The notes: generated by a model from the letters alone, not told the origin. A stretch of DNA of 60,520 nt from a virus (IMGVR_UViG_3300042507_002862:1-60520); one strand, 5' to 3'; positions 9,501 to 17,278 are shown, counted from the stretch's first letter. A program made the numbers and translations.

Positions 9501-10250
9501 CCGGAACACATGCGGAAGAAGGCGAGCATCCCGCTGCCACCAGACCTTCCTTTCTTTGGGCTGCCAGCAGACTCGCCGCTACGACGTTACCTGTCCAACA
9601 TCGATTTGTTTTACGCCGGACCCGTCAATCTAGTTTCTTCTGGCACTGGCAACAGCTTGCTGGACAAGGCAGGTAGCGGTATTAAGAACACGTTGCTCAA
9701 TGTGCTGGGCCAGAGCAACCCGCTCATCAAAGGCCCGCTGGAAGTCCTGACCAACAGACAGTTCTATTCCGGCCGAGAGATGTCCGACTTGTACTCCATG
9801 CTGGAACAACCCCTGGCGCCAGCGGGATTGGGCCAAGTTGGCCGATTGGCGGAGCAGGCTATCTCCAACGCTCCCGGCGGCTCGCGCCTGCTGGGTGTCG
9901 CGCGGCAGCTGCTGGATGACCGGATCCCCAATTTTGTAGACCGCCTGCCCAAGGTGTTCTTCAACGCTGGAACCGGCCTGACCTTTGAGGACATCGACCA
10001 AGAGAGAACCAAGCAGCAGGCGGCGCGCCAGATGCTCAACAAGATGCTTGAGTCCACCCCCGGTGTCCGCACGTACGAAAACGTCACCGTCCCCGACGAA
10101 GTCCTGCGCTCCATGCCCAAGCAGCAGAGGGACATGTACCTGCTCTATAAGATCGTCCAGTCCGAAGCCGCCAAGCGGGCACGGGACAAGAAGAAGGCAG
10201 AGTTGGCACTAGATCCCCTCCAGGTTCTAGGGGTGACGCAGCAGTTCTAG
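6528..10250 (+). CDS. Large putative internal virion / DNA ejection protein
   Basis: 1240 aa, last gene of the virion operon; size and position resemble large podovirus core proteins. Confidence 0.65.
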   Translation: MPRSPLFDIYDPDGLLQQQAQLGLLPRNDEELDPLGIAPLGKRKAQLSDLMPEEEKRGMLQTLASAGSSGLAGLGWLLDTPGAIVRGGLSGGPGKALSALWDTTDERVDGRELLRQYGMVGDQDNWGNFGGGLAAELLLDPLTYASLGLNQIVGKGAKTAAGNIVQTAGLLDDFGVHARNVLGKGEREALREATARSVLGAVPEGAARDAAMRDFLGAGGTEAMMDQPLARMNRISLPGFSSDATDLYGKAIGDWAAKTGDALGESMMTNPYTGRIARGLQSAFDPSVMGFVDRDKQLDAQTIMAARKQRERADRLALSGLQYDANQALREAGSSLSDTDLSDALRVVAEGGDAPSSLSQYLDLPAVETLMNYVSGYRDEAVEQAKRLGLPLEEFRSRTGGDWFPRQQLAFDRPQVPQWPEGTVPPERLKRQQTRGSKPVAFDDNLSRGRDEAYDVMGQSDTLNRMSLDADLQQALRGAKNEDVRGILERWFADPQNNVPPKMRDASLDDFIQREDGSVDWSQASGPSNDLYGWMDSMDDEGNYLYKAPALPANHPLNLQAQSLRDQLQAVPHGSNDPNLLSSLRAQLSAVSEQIPMAEREVWRDKLHTRLADFVRGMDPQHAATGLPVFGQNSFNELSRYVLGRGRTEVNAQEMLKILKRQAENTAADAVTGGVNYTAADALKALGMTGETAPDVLRETLGVNSLDDISFNKKYIDDWSKTLERGKTPPELSPLLESYDNYTKRFKALALLWPSRYSRDAYSGAFSAATKKAFSPSDWLTGTQINNGDYAGLLRKIKDLPRYRDLPTDDAKLRQYLIEQGAEGLGTSTANDELLSGAGNAGLRGMYPGAVAPETESLLDRAKRATWRDWLNPFSISTASGNTNPILEAGDRAAQFTDAGNRHGSYLTLIRKGYAPNEAARIANLTQVDYRPEAFTNFERDVLKRAFPFYSYTKGITPLIADQLATNPAGMMGQSIRALNRGGQATEQNFTPEHMRKKASIPLPPDLPFFGLPADSPLRRYLSNIDLFYAGPVNLVSSGTGNSLLDKAGSGIKNTLLNVLGQSNPLIKGPLEVLTNRQFYSGREMSDLYSMLEQPLAPAGLGQVGRLAEQAISNAPGGSRLLGVARQLLDDRIPNFVDRLPKVFFNAGTGLTFEDIDQERTKQQAARQMLNKMLESTPGVRTYENVTVPDEVLRSMPKQQRDMYLLYKIVQSEAAKRARDKKKAELALDPLQVLGVTQQF

Positions 10251-11068
10251 CGCATCCCGGCCATATCTAGGCTAGGCACAGCCCGCTTCAGATCCGACAG
10301 AATCACGGGGTCTAGGTAGTGCCGCTTCATGCCGGGGGTCAGATGACCTAAGTGTCCACTGGCGTCGATGCCAGCCAATTGGGCGTAAGTCGCGCTACTT
10401 CTCCGCAGGTATTTGCCTGACCCTGTCAGACCCGCACGCTTGACCAGTGCGCGCATGGCCACTATCATCCGGCTCCTTCCGACGAGGTTTCCGAAAATCT
10501 TCGGGCCGCGCCGGGGAAGCGAACGGATCGCTTCCAGAGCATTGGCGTCAAGGACGATGACATGCTGCTGCCTTGTTTTCTGCAGAACCGTAGCCAGACG
10601 ATCCCCTCGCAGGGAATCGTAGGTAATGGCCAGCAGATCCCCCAGCCGCAGGCCGCTGCTGTAGCCGACCAGAATCCACGCGGGAAGCAGGATTCGGTGC
10701 GGGCAATGGAGCGTACCCCCCGGCATCTCCGCGGCTACCGCAAGCAGGTGGCGCATCTCGTCATGGGTCCAAGCGCGGACCATCGGCAAGGTGTGCTTGA
10801 CACGGCGGATCGGCCGTGTACAATCGTTCACCACAAGGCCGTCTCGGAGGGCGGCTCGTCGCAGGGTGCTAAGCATCCGGCGATGGTTGTTCACCGTGGA
10901 GGCGGCGAGATGACCAAGGGCATGCGTGAGGTACGCATCAATGTTGCTGACGGTCAAGTCGGCCACCCCCCAAGGGAGCCGCTTGGTCAGCACAACGAGT
11001 TGCTCGCGGTAACCGGGGGAAGCCCCCGATTGGAGGGCGTAAGCCTCCGCGAACTCTCTGAGAGTCAT
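10247..11068 (-). CDS. int: Tyrosine recombinase / phage integrase
   Basis: Motifs YSSGLRLGDLL (R), LQKT (K), GKYLRRSSAT (HxxR position), HLGH and RHY (Y); N-terminal SAM-like core-binding region; start placed at MTLREF (11068). Confidence 0.9.
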   Translation of the reverse strand: MTLREFAEAYALQSGASPGYREQLVVLTKRLPWGVADLTVSNIDAYLTHALGHLAASTVNNHRRMLSTLRRAALRDGLVVNDCTRPIRRVKHTLPMVRAWTHDEMRHLLAVAAEMPGGTLHCPHRILLPAWILVGYSSGLRLGDLLAITYDSLRGDRLATVLQKTRQQHVIVLDANALEAIRSLPRRGPKIFGNLVGRSRMIVAMRALVKRAGLTGSGKYLRRSSATYAQLAGIDASGHLGHLTPGMKRHYLDPVILSDLKRAVPSLDMAGMR

Positions 11069-11123
11069 GTTGTTTTCGGCAAGTTTGTGGATCTGGTTGA
11101 GGGGGGTGAGACTACCCCCACTT

Positions 11124-11151
11124 TTGGATCCAGCAAGTCCCCTGCTATACT
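11124..11151 (+). promoter_or_regulatory. Sigma70-type promoter, TTGGAT-N16-TATACT with extended -10 TG
   Basis: TGcTATACT at 11143-11151; 13 nt separate it from the tRNA-like fragment. Confidence 0.55.
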
Positions 11152-11161
11152 CGGCTCGCAT

Positions 11162-11410
11162 ATGGCACCCCTAGCTCAATTGGATAGAGTCGGTCGAAGC
11201 GGCCCCCCAAGTGGGTGGCTCTCCCGAATTCTAAGGGGGGCGGTCCTAGCTTTGCTAGTGGTCGTCATTTTTCTTCACGGCGTGGGCACTCTGCTCACGT
11301 TCCTCGCACTCGGACAGTTGGGCCGAGCGGCGGTTTTGTTCCGCCGTTCCTATCGGAGGGATTCTGTTCGCCGCACGGAGGCGGCTTCTTTTAAGGAGGT
11401 GTACAGATGA
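11162..11410 (+). CDS. Possible small membrane protein overlapping the tRNA fragment
   Basis: 82 aa with hydrophobic ILRGAVLALLVVVIFLHGVGTLLTFLALG; stop overlaps the next ATG; no RBS (would be leaderless). Confidence 0.35.
   Translation: MAPLAQLDRVGRSGPPSGWLSRILRGAVLALLVVVIFLHGVGTLLTFLALGQLGRAAVLFRRSYRRDSVRRTEAASFKEVYR
11165..11190 (+). other. 5' fragment of a tRNA-Arg-like sequence (acceptor 5' strand plus D-arm); candidate attP core
   Basis: GCACCCC TA GCTC AATTGGATA GAGT matches canonical tRNA-Arg positions 1-25; no anticodon arm, T-arm or 3' acceptor strand follows; adjacent to int. Confidence 0.65.
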
Positions 11411-12261
11411 GCAGTTTGCCACGGAAGGTTGTGGGCATGAGCAATGCCGACTACCACTCTCAGAACGATTTTCTTGGCCGGTCCTACCTGCACTCTGTCG
11501 CCAAGTACGGCGGCGAGGCGCAGCGGTGGATGGATCAAGGCTACTCCCTCTTTGGGGGGAACGCCGGAACCCGCACGGGCAGCAAGTTTGACACCATCGT
11601 CACGGCTGTCTGTGAGGGAAAGAAGTTGAGTGACGTTCTCGCCATCCCTCCCGCCGAGGTGCTGGCCAGCAACGGCCACCGCCGGGGGAAAGCCTACGAC
11701 GAGTGGAAGTCGCAGGCCGAGGCCAAGGGGTTGATCGACTGCAACGCGGAAGAGGGATGGCAGCTGGAGGTGATGCTGACGCATCTCCTTGAGAACCCTG
11801 CCGCCAAGGCTCTGGTGGAGCAGACCACTGAGACTCAGGTGTCGGTGTTCTTTGAACTGAACGGCCACCGCTGCAAGGTGCGACCGGACGGCTGCACCCC
11901 GACGTTGTGGTGGGATCTGAAGACCACCTCGTCCACCTGGGACAAGGTCTACCGCAGTGCGATGGACTTCGGGTACGCGGAGCAGGAATGGCTTTACTGC
12001 CAAGGTGCCAAGGCTGTGGGCCTGCCGCACTTCCGCATGCCGTTCGTCTTCGTCCAGACGATGGCTCCGTACGGTGTCCACGTTTTCTATCTGCCGACAG
12101 AGATCGTTGAGGAGGCGGGCCTGCGTATGACCCGCGTGATGGAGGAGGTTCGTCTGAGGCGGGAGACGGGGATCTATGAGTCCGCAGATGCGGGCGAGAT
12201 CACGGAGCTTCAGTTCCCGAATTGGGCGAACAAGAAGGAGGAGGAGGTGGTGACTGTATGA
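11407..12261 (+). CDS. RecE / exonuclease VIII-like PD-(D/E)XK exonuclease
   Basis: MSNADYH, KVRPD...DLKTT and FVFV motifs; AAGGAGGT RBS. Confidence 0.85.
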   Translation: MSSLPRKVVGMSNADYHSQNDFLGRSYLHSVAKYGGEAQRWMDQGYSLFGGNAGTRTGSKFDTIVTAVCEGKKLSDVLAIPPAEVLASNGHRRGKAYDEWKSQAEAKGLIDCNAEEGWQLEVMLTHLLENPAAKALVEQTTETQVSVFFELNGHRCKVRPDGCTPTLWWDLKTTSSTWDKVYRSAMDFGYAEQEWLYCQGAKAVGLPHFRMPFVFVQTMAPYGVHVFYLPTEIVEEAGLRMTRVMEEVRLRRETGIYESADAGEITELQFPNWANKKEEEVVTV

Positions 12262-12905
12262 CTGACAACAACAACATCCTGGGGCCGTCCTGTTCGCCGG
12301 ACACCAGCGAGCTAACCAAGGCTCTGGCCAAGGCACAGGCGGAGTACAAGCACGTTGAGTTGGACGCCGCGAACCCGCACTTCAAAAGCAGGTTCTCGTC
12401 CTACGCGACCTGCTGTGATTCGTTGCGTGGCCCGCTAACCAAGCACGGCCTTGCCTTGCCGGACTTCCGGCCAGGGTTGGTCGGCAGTCAGTGGGTGCTG
12501 GTCGGCACGTTGCGTCACTCCAGTGGTCAGTACATCACGGGCATTGCCCCGCTGGTGAACGGCAAGGGTGACATGCAGGGGTTCGGATCGGCGGTGACTT
12601 ACGCCAAGCGAACTCTGCTGATGAGCCTGACTGGCGGGTTCAGTGGGGAACCCGATGACGATGGCGAGGACAACCGCGTGCAGGCCACCAGTCGGCCGGC
12701 ACCGGCGAACTCCGCTGCAGGGCTGCAGCGAGAGCAGGGATGGAAGACCAAGATCGCTGAAGCGGCCGACGAGGCTGCGGCGAGGAAGGTGATGTCTGAG
12801 GTTGAGTTGCGTCTTCGCGAGAAGGCCATCGACCGCAGCGTGTTCGATAGGTGCAAGGCGGAATTCGTCCGCCACTGGCAGAAGGAGGCCGTTGCTCATG
12901 GCTAG
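12258..12905 (+). CDS. erf: ERF-family single-strand annealing protein
   Basis: ALAKAQ..NPHFKS..QGFGSAVTYAKR..DDDG signature. Confidence 0.9.
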   Translation: MTDNNNILGPSCSPDTSELTKALAKAQAEYKHVELDAANPHFKSRFSSYATCCDSLRGPLTKHGLALPDFRPGLVGSQWVLVGTLRHSSGQYITGIAPLVNGKGDMQGFGSAVTYAKRTLLMSLTGGFSGEPDDDGEDNRVQATSRPAPANSAAGLQREQGWKTKIAEAADEAAARKVMSEVELRLREKAIDRSVFDRCKAEFVRHWQKEAVAHG

Positions 12906-13257
12906 TTCGTTTAACAAGTTCATCGGTGTTGGCAACCTCACCCGAGACGCTGAGTCTCGCATGGTTGGCGAGTCGGAAGTTGCCCGGTATGCGGTCGCCA
13001 TCAACGGCCGCAAACGCAAGGACGGCAGTCAGGATGTGATGTTCCTGGACTGCGACCACTGGCGTGTCGGCAATGTGCTGAGCTACCTCACCCGCGGCAC
13101 CACGGTGCTGGTGGAAGGTGAGCTTGAGCAGCAGCACTGGGAGAAAGACGGCCAGAAGCGGTCGAAGGTTGTCCTTCAGGTTCAGCGTGTCCAGCTGCTT
13201 GGCGGCAAGCGGCAGGAGGCGCAGGCGGAGGAAGAAGAGTTCGCTGAGTTCCGTTGA
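12898..13257 (+). CDS. ssb: Single-stranded DNA-binding protein
   Basis: NKFIGVGNLTRDAE...VLVEGEL...WEKDGQKRSK, acidic C-terminal tail. Confidence 0.93.
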   Translation: MASSFNKFIGVGNLTRDAESRMVGESEVARYAVAINGRKRKDGSQDVMFLDCDHWRVGNVLSYLTRGTTVLVEGELEQQHWEKDGQKRSKVVLQVQRVQLLGGKRQEAQAEEEEFAEFR

Positions 13258-13280
13258 TTGCTGGCGCGGTTACACGCGCC

Positions 13281-13331
13281 GCCCGGGGTTGAGGGCCGGA
13301 CCCTCCGACCGGCCCTCCCCCGGGCTTCTTT
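13281..13331 (+). terminator. Long GC-rich hairpin with T tail (terminator/attenuator)
   Basis: GCCCGGGG..GAGGGCCGG / CCGGCCCTC..CCCCGGGC followed by TTCTTT; a second hairpin at 13263-13280. Confidence 0.55.
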
Positions 13332-13349
13332 CAAAACAAGGATGTTTTC

Positions 13350-13940
13350 ATGCTCAGACTGCGCGACTACCAAACGGAAGTGATCGAATCGCTGCTGGAC
13401 GCAATGCGCCGCGGTGTGAAGTCCACGCTCGTTGGGCTTTTCACCGGCGCCGGCAAAACCGTGATCTTCACTGCACTCGCGGATCGCATCGAAGGACGCA
13501 CGCTGATCATCGCCCCGATGCGTGAGCTTGTCTGGCAGGCAGCTGACAAGGTTCGTCAGGTCACAGACTCTGACCCCGACATAGAGATGGCCGATTACGT
13601 TGCCGAGCGCGACTACTGGCCGGCAAAGGTGGTGGTCGCATCGAAGCAGACGCTGCTGTCCAGCCGCCAAGGCGAGAAGCGATACCGCAGATTCAATGGG
13701 TTCTCTCTCGTCATTGTGGACGAGGCGCACATGCAGTGCAGCGAGCCTGTCATTGAGATGTTGAAGTTCTTCCAAGACCAAGGAGCAATGGTCGCGGGTT
13801 TCACGGCAACGCCGTTTCGGATGGACGGCAAGCCCATGCTAAGGAGTGACGCATGCAGTTCTATCAAGAGTCAGTCTGTAACTACGACCTCCAGTGGGCC
13901 ATCGCCAACGGCTGGGCAGTGCCGCCTGTTTGCAAGCTGA
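13350..13940 (+). CDS. SF2 (DEAH/ResIII-like) helicase, N-terminal ATPase domain
   Basis: LRDYQ, TGAGKT, VDEAH and TATP motifs; similarity ends at about 13840. Confidence 0.88.
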   Translation: MLRLRDYQTEVIESLLDAMRRGVKSTLVGLFTGAGKTVIFTALADRIEGRTLIIAPMRELVWQAADKVRQVTDSDPDIEMADYVAERDYWPAKVVVASKQTLLSSRQGEKRYRRFNGFSLVIVDEAHMQCSEPVIEMLKFFQDQGAMVAGFTATPFRMDGKPMLRSDACSSIKSQSVTTTSSGPSPTAGQCRLFAS

Positions 13941-14914
13941 GCCGGGTGGAGTCGCTGGATCTAAGCAAGGTCAACATTGTCGGCGGCGACTTCAACCAGA
14001 CGAAGCTCGCCGCGGAACTGAACAAGGAAAGCAACTTGCACCGCGCCTGCATGATCACCGCTGAAGAGATGGAGGGGCAGACCGTCCTCTTCACCGGCAG
14101 CGTGTTCGCAGCCAAGGGTGCGACTGAGTACCTGACCCGCAACTACGGAATCCCAGCCGTCTGTGTCTGGGGCACCATGCCTGACGAGGAGAGAGCCGAT
14201 GCACTTGCAGCCTTTAAATCCCGACAGGCCAGGGTCATTGTCAACTGTGCCCTTGTTGCCGTTGGCTTCGACTTCCCACCGACCGCAACCCTCATCCTTG
14301 CCAGACCAACCCGCTCCCGATCCTTCTGGTTGCAGTGCGTTGGCCGAGCCACTCGTCCTCTCCCCGGAGTTGTTGACGGGGACGGCCTTCATACCGCTGC
14401 CGACAGAATTGCTGCAATCGCTCGCTCCGATAAGCCTCATTTCAAAATTGTTGACTGCACAGCAGGAACTCTGGATCACACAGTCATCACAAGTGTGGAC
14501 ATGTTCTGCACCTCGCCCGACGAGGAAGTCAAAGAAGCGGTGCGTAAAGCAGCGGCGCAGTCTCCACTCTCGCAGGAAGAGATAGACGCCTTGGCTGCGG
14601 CCGAGGCGCAGAAGAAGGCGGAGAAGATCGCCAGCGCCAAGCTCATCGAAGAGATGCGCCGCAACACGCAGGGGCGGGGCGAGGGCCGCATCCACGGCAA
14701 GGATGTGGACATCACCTGGAAGGGCGTCCGCTCAGTGGGCACATACAACAACCCGCTCAAGGGAAAGTACGCCGGCTACAAGCTGTCGGAGTTGCCCGAT
14801 CACTACGTTCAATGGGCGGCTGGTAACGACAAGCTGAATGGCTGGATCAAGTCAATGTTCAGGAAGGAACTGGGGAGGAGACATGGCAGAGAAGAACGAT
14901 TTGTTAGTCGATGA
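13853..14914 (+). CDS. SF2 helicase, C-terminal domain, in a separate frame
   Basis: VGFDFP, ARPTRS and QCVGRATR motifs; C-terminal KGKY..LSELPDHYVQW module; AAGGAG RBS. Confidence 0.88.
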   Translation: MQFYQESVCNYDLQWAIANGWAVPPVCKLSRVESLDLSKVNIVGGDFNQTKLAAELNKESNLHRACMITAEEMEGQTVLFTGSVFAAKGATEYLTRNYGIPAVCVWGTMPDEERADALAAFKSRQARVIVNCALVAVGFDFPPTATLILARPTRSRSFWLQCVGRATRPLPGVVDGDGLHTAADRIAAIARSDKPHFKIVDCTAGTLDHTVITSVDMFCTSPDEEVKEAVRKAAAQSPLSQEEIDALAAAEAQKKAEKIASAKLIEEMRRNTQGRGEGRIHGKDVDITWKGVRSVGTYNNPLKGKYAGYKLSELPDHYVQWAAGNDKLNGWIKSMFRKELGRRHGREERFVSR

Positions 14915-15134
14915 GACGGTGTCGGAGATTCTTTGGAGGTTCGATGTCACGCATGCGTTCCCACCGGAGCATGCTTTTCAACAAGGAGGTTCGGATGTTG
15001 TTCGCAAAGTTGGTTTCTGGAGGCGAGTGTGGGCTTTCCTCAACGCACCCATTAGCTTTCGCCGGTCAGCTGTGGCACCGGGTAATCGTCAACCAGGAGC
15101 AGGTGGCCCGGGTGGCCAAGCAACTGGGGCTTGA
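14883..15134 (+). CDS. Hypothetical protein
   Basis: 83 aa, GGAGGAG RBS. Confidence 0.5.
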   Translation: MAEKNDLLVDETVSEILWRFDVTHAFPPEHAFQQGGSDVVRKVGFWRRVWAFLNAPISFRRSAVAPGNRQPGAGGPGGQATGA

Positions 15135-15513
15135 GCCCGAGGTCTGCCGTGGCGTGGTGCGGATCCTGAAGTCTGTCGGAGGGGTGCCAAGCCAAGAGAG
15201 ACTGGCCGTCATCTGCCAGCTGGACCCGGGCTACAACGACAAGGATGTCGGTGAGGTGTTTGGCCGGACGGCGGAATGGTCAGCAAGCGTGCGGCGTGAC
15301 GCCTCGCTGATCCGGCAGGCCGAGCCCATCCTTCCACAGCTGGAGTGGTACGACGAGGGGCTCAAGCCGTTTGACCCCACGCCGTCTGAGATCCTGCAGC
15401 GTGCCTTGGAGGTTCGCAGCTACCGGGGGATGGACCGTCAGCCATCGCCAGGGATTCGCGCTTACACATGGAGGGGCCGTGTTTCATCGTTCTTTTCAAT
15501 CAGCGTTGAATAG
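14995..15513 (+). CDS. Hypothetical protein, possibly HTH-like DNA binding
   Basis: AAGGAGGT RBS; VARVAKQLGL and KDVGEVFGRT segments resemble HTH helices. Confidence 0.6.
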   Translation: MLFAKLVSGGECGLSSTHPLAFAGQLWHRVIVNQEQVARVAKQLGLEPEVCRGVVRILKSVGGVPSQERLAVICQLDPGYNDKDVGEVFGRTAEWSASVRRDASLIRQAEPILPQLEWYDEGLKPFDPTPSEILQRALEVRSYRGMDRQPSPGIRAYTWRGRVSSFFSISVE

Positions 15514-16090
15514 TGGGCACCGGGCCGAGCGGGCGTGGGTCGATGACCTGCGCTCCGCCGGCCGGTCGGCGGCACATGGCCGGAAGCTGGTGATAAAGGG
15601 GCACAACAAAAACAAGGATCACTGCGAGACTCCCGACGCAGTTGTCCTGTTGAGCCTGGAGATCAAGGAGCGATCCATCTCGTTCACTTGCCCGGAAGAC
15701 TATCCCTATGAGACGGTCTTCGTAGATGACATGCACGGCCTGGCAAAGGAAACGCTGAAACATTTCGCCTACATCTACAAGAGTAAGCCCACCGGCAAGT
15801 GGGTCTGGATCACACCTTTGGATCGCGACGATCAGTGGACAGAGCAGGTGGTGTTTGACCGTGGTCGAAAGCATGACGTTCCCATGTTAGTAGCGCCAAA
15901 AAGTTGCTTGCGTTCGGCGGACGAATTGACCAAACTTCTTTACCCACATCAGCTGCTGGAGTTTGTAGACGGTGACACAGGAATCTTTATCTCAGGAGGA
16001 GGCGAAAGTGAAGCAGTTAATAAAACGGATCCAGCTGCTAGAGGCCGAGGTCGCAAGGCTCCAGGCAAAGTTGATCGGAATGTGGGGTGA
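15479..16090 (+). CDS. PD-(D/E)XK-family nuclease-like protein
   Basis: G..AE, TPD and EIK motifs; GTG start after GGAGG. Confidence 0.6.
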   Translation: MFHRSFQSALNSGHRAERAWVDDLRSAGRSAAHGRKLVIKGHNKNKDHCETPDAVVLLSLEIKERSISFTCPEDYPYETVFVDDMHGLAKETLKHFAYIYKSKPTGKWVWITPLDRDDQWTEQVVFDRGRKHDVPMLVAPKSCLRSADELTKLLYPHQLLEFVDGDTGIFISGGGESEAVNKTDPAARGRGRKAPGKVDRNVG

Positions 16091-16093
16091 AGC

Positions 16094-16387
16094 ATGAGCT
16101 TTCTCCTGTTCTCCAGACCCCAGCGGCTGTACGAAAACATCCTTACGTTCCGCACGCTCAGCACCAACATTCGCACATGGGTGGAGCGAGACAAGCGTGG
16201 CCCAAATGACCAAGAGGACTTTGTTACTATCAACGCCTATGTGCAGGCTAACCGGCAGGTGATTGATAGCCAAGCGATGATTGACACAGCTGAGATGCTG
16301 ACCAAGGATTTCCCCCGCATCGTCGCGGTGGAAGTCCAGAACGGCAGTCGTACTAACGGTGTTATTATTTACCCGAGGTGGACATGA
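16094..16387 (+). CDS. Hypothetical protein
   Basis: 97 aa ORF in a tightly packed operon. Confidence 0.65.
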   Translation: MSFLLFSRPQRLYENILTFRTLSTNIRTWVERDKRGPNDQEDFVTINAYVQANRQVIDSQAMIDTAEMLTKDFPRIVAVEVQNGSRTNGVIIYPRWT

Positions 16388-16611
16388 TTATTTCTATCGA
16401 ACTTAGCGACGAAGACTGGTCGTTTATCAGCGAAGCTCTTGGCATGCTTGCCGTGGACTCAGACGGCAGCGCAGAGGAGTGCCTTAACGACGAGTCTGCC
16501 TATGACTTTCATATCGAAAACTCCTGCACTGCGGCCCGCTTGGACGGCTACATAAGCACCGCCGTCAGCAACGCCATGAACAGGATGCGCCCCAAGTTCA
16601 GCGAGAACTGA
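16384..16611 (+). CDS. Acidic hypothetical protein
   Basis: ATGA coupling, GAGGT RBS. Confidence 0.6.
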   Translation: MIISIELSDEDWSFISEALGMLAVDSDGSAEECLNDESAYDFHIENSCTAARLDGYISTAVSNAMNRMRPKFSEN

Positions 16612-16612
16612 C

Positions 16613-16840
16613 ATGACCCTTCCATGCGAGCGTACCCGCAGCGTCCTTTCCGCCCAGCAGTTTCTACTGCGGCTTGCCACCCCATACGGTGGCGGGCTGA
16701 AGCGGATCCCATCAGAGGCGAGAGACGAGGCGAGGCGGTTGCTTCGGCATTACCCAAGCTGGCTGGACTTCACACTCCCCGGGCACTTCGACGCCGATGC
16801 TGCCCGGGACTTTGCTGAGCGGGAGAATGCTCCCGAATAG
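16613..16840 (+). CDS. BPSL0761-like small phage protein
   Basis: MTLPxERTR...FL..L...EARRLLRHYP pattern, recognised from memory. Confidence 0.6.
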   Translation: MTLPCERTRSVLSAQQFLLRLATPYGGGLKRIPSEARDEARRLLRHYPSWLDFTLPGHFDADAARDFAERENAPE

Positions 16841-16892
16841 TGCGACCAACGTGGTGTTGGTCTGATGGATGGTTCGTAACGAAAGGATTCGT

Positions 16893-17189
16893 ATGCGTTA
16901 CTTTGTGTTGCTCGCCCTGTTCCTGACTGCCGCCACCGCCAATGCTGACGGCAGCTACCGCACGCGGACGGTCACCGTCTACCGTTCCGCACAGGCCGAT
17001 GCGGATGAGATGGCCCGCACCGGCATCCTCCGACACCGGGGTGGCCAGGGATACGAAGGGATCGGCTTCTCCACCGTCAGTAGTGACGCCGCCTGCCGTG
17101 CCTCATGCTACTGGGGCCAGCGGAAGGTGAAGGAAGTTGCCGTGTCCCGCGGCTCGCGCGGCTGGTTCGCTTGCGTCCGCTACTGGTGA
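16893..17189 (+). CDS. Secreted minimal CAP/SCP-like protein
   Basis: Signal peptide; A..A..MA....H....E pattern and C-terminal VAV..G..GWFACVRY. Confidence 0.55.
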   Translation: MRYFVLLALFLTAATANADGSYRTRTVTVYRSAQADADEMARTGILRHRGGQGYEGIGFSTVSSDAACRASCYWGQRKVKEVAVSRGSRGWFACVRYW

Positions 17190-17278
17190 TACCTAGCCAC
17201 CCGGCAGGACGGCAGCGGACTGATAAACCGTGTCGCCCACACCTGCCGGGTGGCTTTCCACTTCCTGGAATCTGGAAC

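Noticed and set aside
6528-10250. Tape-measure protein or virion RNA polymerase
   Set aside because: No tail tube, sheath or tail-chaperone genes nearby, and no recognisable polymerase catalytic motifs.
10562-11161. 5' part of the 282-aa + strand ORF 10562-11410
   Set aside because: It lies antisense to the integrase; only the segment from ATG 11162 is plausibly coding.
11165-11245. Complete tRNA-Arg gene
   Set aside because: No proper anticodon stem, no GTTCRA T-loop and no GGGGTGC 3' acceptor strand follow; only the 5' ~26 nt is tRNA-like. I found no convincing 3' half elsewhere.
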